64,000 nucleotides of DNA from an uncultured delta proteobacterium (GTDB taxonomy: Bacteria > Desulfobacterota > Binatia > UBA9968): NCBI GenBank assembly GCA_963745835.1, contig CAVUZH010000003.1, positions 704,001 to 768,000 on the forward strand, in the 5' to 3' direction. The position numbers and the translations under genes are program-made. Under the pieces are notes generated by a model, which did no database searches, was not told the DNA's origin, and saw only the letters and a program-made list of their open reading frames with translations. Every line of letters begins with the position of its first letter. Position 1 is the stretch's first letter. Shown piece by piece: positions 61,111-64,000 of this stretch.

Positions 61111-61185
61111 TTGTGACCCTTCAATCCGATGTGCTGTGACCGAACTCCCCACAATGAACCGCATGGATAATTATATAGAAACTTT

Positions 61186-62331
61186 CTATCCCCGCCCCTC
61201 AAACAACTCACCGGCACGCACGGTCCACCTCGCCGCGATACGCCGCCTGTGCAGTTTCTCGGCGCCCACGGAATCGCGCAACATGACGGGATCGTCGAGA
61301 ATCTGCAGCACGGCGATGTCCGCTTCGCGGCCGACCTGTAGGCTACCGAGTCGATCTTGCCAGCCGACCGCTCGGGCTGGGTTGCTCGTGCAAGCGGCGA
61401 TAATCTGATCCAAACTCAATCCCAACGCTAAAAACTTTGTCATCACGGTCGGCAAATCACCGACGACTCCGAACCCCGGCTGCTTCAACCGACCGTGCAA
61501 ATCGGAGCTGATGATGTCTGGCAGTAAACCATCGGCCATCGCGCGGCGGACCAGATCGAAATCGAAATGGCCGCCGGCATGGCCGACGTCGAAGATGACG
61601 CCGCGCTCGTGAGCCTTCCGGACGCTATCGAGAAGCCGGGCGTTTTTATCCATGATGGAAGGTTGTTTTGGCGTGTAGCAGTGCGTGACAATGTCGCCGG
61701 CGCGCAGCGTATCGACGATCTCTTCCATAGAAATCGCTGTGTCGCCGACGTGCACCATTACCGGCGCGCGGCACTCTTCTCCCGCCTTAACAGCGAGCCG
61801 TAACACCTCTCGGCTGTTCTCTCCGACGGCTTTCTTGTGCATGCGCACTTTGATGCCCACGCCGACGTCGCGATTTTCCGCGACAATCTGTGCCGCGCCT
61901 TCTGGATCGGCGAAGTATATATTCTCTAATTCACCTGGATCGTTCAGCACGCCATGCTGCGCCATTGCGACAAATGCGAGCATGCGAGTACGGGATTGCT
62001 CATAGACCAGTTTGCGAAACCCCAGGAAATTAGTCGGTCCCGAAGAACCGGCATCCATCGTCGTTGTTACGCCGCTGGCCAGGCAAATCGGATCGGCATT
62101 AAAGCCATAAGGATTTACTCCCCAATAACTGTGCACGTGAAAATCGATCAGGCCCGGCGTGATGATGCACCCCTCGACGTTCAGCGCTTTCCTGGCGTTC
62201 ACGGCAGGGATGTTTGACCGGATGGCGGCAATCCGATCGGCGGTGATACCGATGTCCAACTTCTGATTAATGCCGACGCTAGGATCTATGACGGTGCCGC
62301 CGGTGAGCAGGAGATCGAAGATATCACTCAT
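61186..62331 (-). CDS. Amidohydrolase (dihydroorotase/deacetylase-like)
   Basis: TPGLIDFHVH, GVTTTMDAGS, GIKVR, MVHVG, THCY, DVGHAGGHF, IISSDLH. Confidence 0.88.
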   Translation of the reverse strand: MSDIFDLLLTGGTVIDPSVGINQKLDIGITADRIAAIRSNIPAVNARKALNVEGCIITPGLIDFHVHSYWGVNPYGFNADPICLASGVTTTMDAGSSGPTNFLGFRKLVYEQSRTRMLAFVAMAQHGVLNDPGELENIYFADPEGAAQIVAENRDVGVGIKVRMHKKAVGENSREVLRLAVKAGEECRAPVMVHVGDTAISMEEIVDTLRAGDIVTHCYTPKQPSIMDKNARLLDSVRKAHERGVIFDVGHAGGHFDFDLVRRAMADGLLPDIISSDLHGRLKQPGFGVVGDLPTVMTKFLALGLSLDQIIAACTSNPARAVGWQDRLGSLQVGREADIAVLQILDDPVMLRDSVGAEKLHRRRIAARWTVRAGELFEGRG

Positions 62332-62473
62332 GAGAAGGCTGGATTCGGAAGCTTCGATGCCGCATCACCCGATTCCTTGCATCGCTAATTGCACCCGATG
62401 CGAACACGACCTGCGGTTCTCTCGTGCCTATCAAATCGACTGGCACGGCCTCAAACGTACAAGGGTTACCAGG

Positions 62474-63493
62474 TTAAAGAGCGTAGAGGGCACGTGGATT
62501 GTCGCCGAGAATTTTATCAATAACCTGGGCGCCGATCTTTCCCTGATTCCGCAACTTGCGCAAAGCTTCAATCTCGCTGGCGTTGTCGGCATGGCCATAA
62601 TCGGTGCCGATGACGAGATTATTTTCGCCGGCATAGGCGAGGATGTACTCGAGATCGTCGTCGGTTTGGCAGGTGACATAAACCCGGTGATCCTCCAGGA
62701 CTTGAGAGTCAAGCTGTTTGCCGCGGCGCTGGTATCGCCGCGCCAAATCATGGATCGCATAAGGGATCCATTGCGCGCTGACTTCGACAATGGCAATCCG
62801 CAATTTCGGAAACTTTTCCGGGATCCCCTCGACCAAAAGGGAGTGAAATGCGCCGACCACAGCGAGCTTGAATTTGCAGAAGCCCGGCTCGTCGAGAAAG
62901 AAGTCGTACGAGTCGATACTGCCGTTGGCCGAATGAACGCAAATCGGCAGATCAAGTTTGCTCGCCTCGTCATATAGCGGAAAAAAATAGGAATCGCTCA
63001 AGCGGCGGTCTGCTTCCAAGCCTCTTAGATAAACCCCGCACGCGCCGCGCTCCTTGCCAAATTTCAACTCCTCGGCGATGCGATCCATGTTGAGTAGTGG
63101 CGGGACCACGACCCAGCGAAAGCGTTCAGTCGCTTTTCCAACAATATCGGCCATCCAGCGGTTATAGCTACGGCAAAGCGCGAGATCGACTTCGGGCCGC
63201 CGAGCGGTCGGGAAGATAAAAATCGTAGGATAGATCACCTGGAGATCGATATTCAGCTCATCCATGTGAGCGATCCGGATGGTCAGATCGCTCATATCGC
63301 GCGCGGCTTCGGGCAAACTCTTTTCGACGTTGCTGCGCGGCATCAGCCGGCCATCAATCAACCAATAGTCGACGGATGGATCACCGTCAGTAGCGCCAAC
63401 GATTCGTGGTTTAAAACGGCGCTCGGATTCGAGCATATGATCCCAGGTCGATTCGTTCTCGATGACGTGAGCATCCGCATCAATCACCGCCAT
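62474..63493 (-). CDS. Amidohydrolase_2 family protein
   Basis: IDADAHVIE, YNRWMAD, PICVH, GTDYGHAD, ILGDNPRALY. Confidence 0.88.
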   Translation of the reverse strand: MAVIDADAHVIENESTWDHMLESERRFKPRIVGATDGDPSVDYWLIDGRLMPRSNVEKSLPEAARDMSDLTIRIAHMDELNIDLQVIYPTIFIFPTARRPEVDLALCRSYNRWMADIVGKATERFRWVVVPPLLNMDRIAEELKFGKERGACGVYLRGLEADRRLSDSYFFPLYDEASKLDLPICVHSANGSIDSYDFFLDEPGFCKFKLAVVGAFHSLLVEGIPEKFPKLRIAIVEVSAQWIPYAIHDLARRYQRRGKQLDSQVLEDHRVYVTCQTDDDLEYILAYAGENNLVIGTDYGHADNASEIEALRKLRNQGKIGAQVIDKILGDNPRALYAL

Positions 63494-63596
63494 TGTTTAC
63501 TCCTTACCAAGCCAGCAGCTTTACTTTTGATTCAAAAGGCACAAATTGGAAATTGTTACGTAAAACCAGAGATGCAGTCATGATATTTAAGTTCGA

Positions 63597-64000
63597 TCAG
63601 CCTTCTCTAATAGTTTCTTTCACCAGCTTGCCATTGTCGTAGGCGAAGCAACCACCGCTGTGTTCCATCGACAGCTCCGCGGCGAGAACAAATCCTTCTC
63701 CTAGAATTTCGGGACCGGGCAGGCGCTTGAATGCCTCTTCCGGAGCATCCTCGGTCACAATCGGCACCCGCGGTGAAAAGGTCACGACGCAGATGTTGGA
63801 ACTTCTGACCTCTTCGGCAACATAGCGACTGAAGGTTCGAATGCCATCTTTGGTCACCATGTAAGCGCAGGCTCCGGCCGGAGTGATTCCACCGCCACCG
63901 TAGAGATTGATGATGTGGCCCGTCCGTCTTTTCTCCATGTGGGGGATCACATGTTTGGTGCCGTTAAATGTGCCGTTCAGGTTGGTCTGAATAACCCGAT
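63597..64000 (-). CDS. SDR-family oxidoreductase, 3' part (start outside the window)
   Basis: TNLNGTF, GHIIN, catalytic YxxxK (YMVTK). Confidence 0.8.
   Translation of the reverse strand, partial: RVIQTNLNGTFNGTKHVIPHMEKRRTGHIINLYGGGGITPAGACAYMVTKDGIRTFSRYVAEEVRSSNICVVTFSPRVPIVTEDAPEEAFKRLPGPEILGEGFVLAAELSMEHSGGCFAYDNGKLVKETIREG

Noticed and set aside
1-64000. Genome-wide UGA-to-Trp/Gly recoding
   Set aside because: Many genes end in TGA with ATGA/GTGA overlaps; only two in-frame TGAs were noticed and each has a local explanation
1-64000. CRISPR array, tRNA, rRNA, integrase, transposase or phage genes
   Set aside because: No regularly spaced repeats or recognisable motifs were seen by eye

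Overview
Bacterial genomic window. Gene content (Bug/TctC-like and NitT/TauT-type binding proteins, amidohydrolases, orphan grdE/grdB) resembles Candidatus Binatia or related deltaproteobacteria; this taxonomy is inference only. The left half (about 0.4-34 kb, minus strand) holds two paralogous glycan-synthesis operons. Each starts with a clan GH-A TIM-barrel::GT2::membrane fusion, followed by an ABCB-type exporter, 2-3 uncharacterised GT-B-like proteins (GWFSxRSACYLA family) and SAM methyltransferases. A ChbG/YdjC deacetylase is intact in one operon and a relic in the other. Both operons lie behind homologous sigma-54 promoters with a TGCAGG-N5/6-CCTGCA palindrome at identical spacing. OpgC, SGNH, ArnT/PMT-like and OpgD/G genes are nearby, suggesting an undescribed periplasmic or cyclic glucan (or glycolipid) pathway. 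The right half is catabolic and transport: MFS transporters, FAH hydrolase, Rieske proteins, ring-hydroxylating dioxygenase, a CoxSML-like molybdoenzyme, a tripartite tricarboxylate transporter and amidohydrolases. It also has a divergent GrdE/GrdB pair; GrdB carries an in-frame UGA (Sec) in a UxxSxxS motif instead of UxxCxxC. Also seen: a ~215-230-nt rod-like RNA hairpin, a 41-aa zinc-finger microprotein missing from the ORF track, a Phd/YefM-like segment in frame with OpgC, and MITE/REP-like repeats. Many genes are split by single-base frameshifts, mostly in the first 16.5 kb; these may be consensus errors or real decay. All family assignments come from motif recognition, not database searches.
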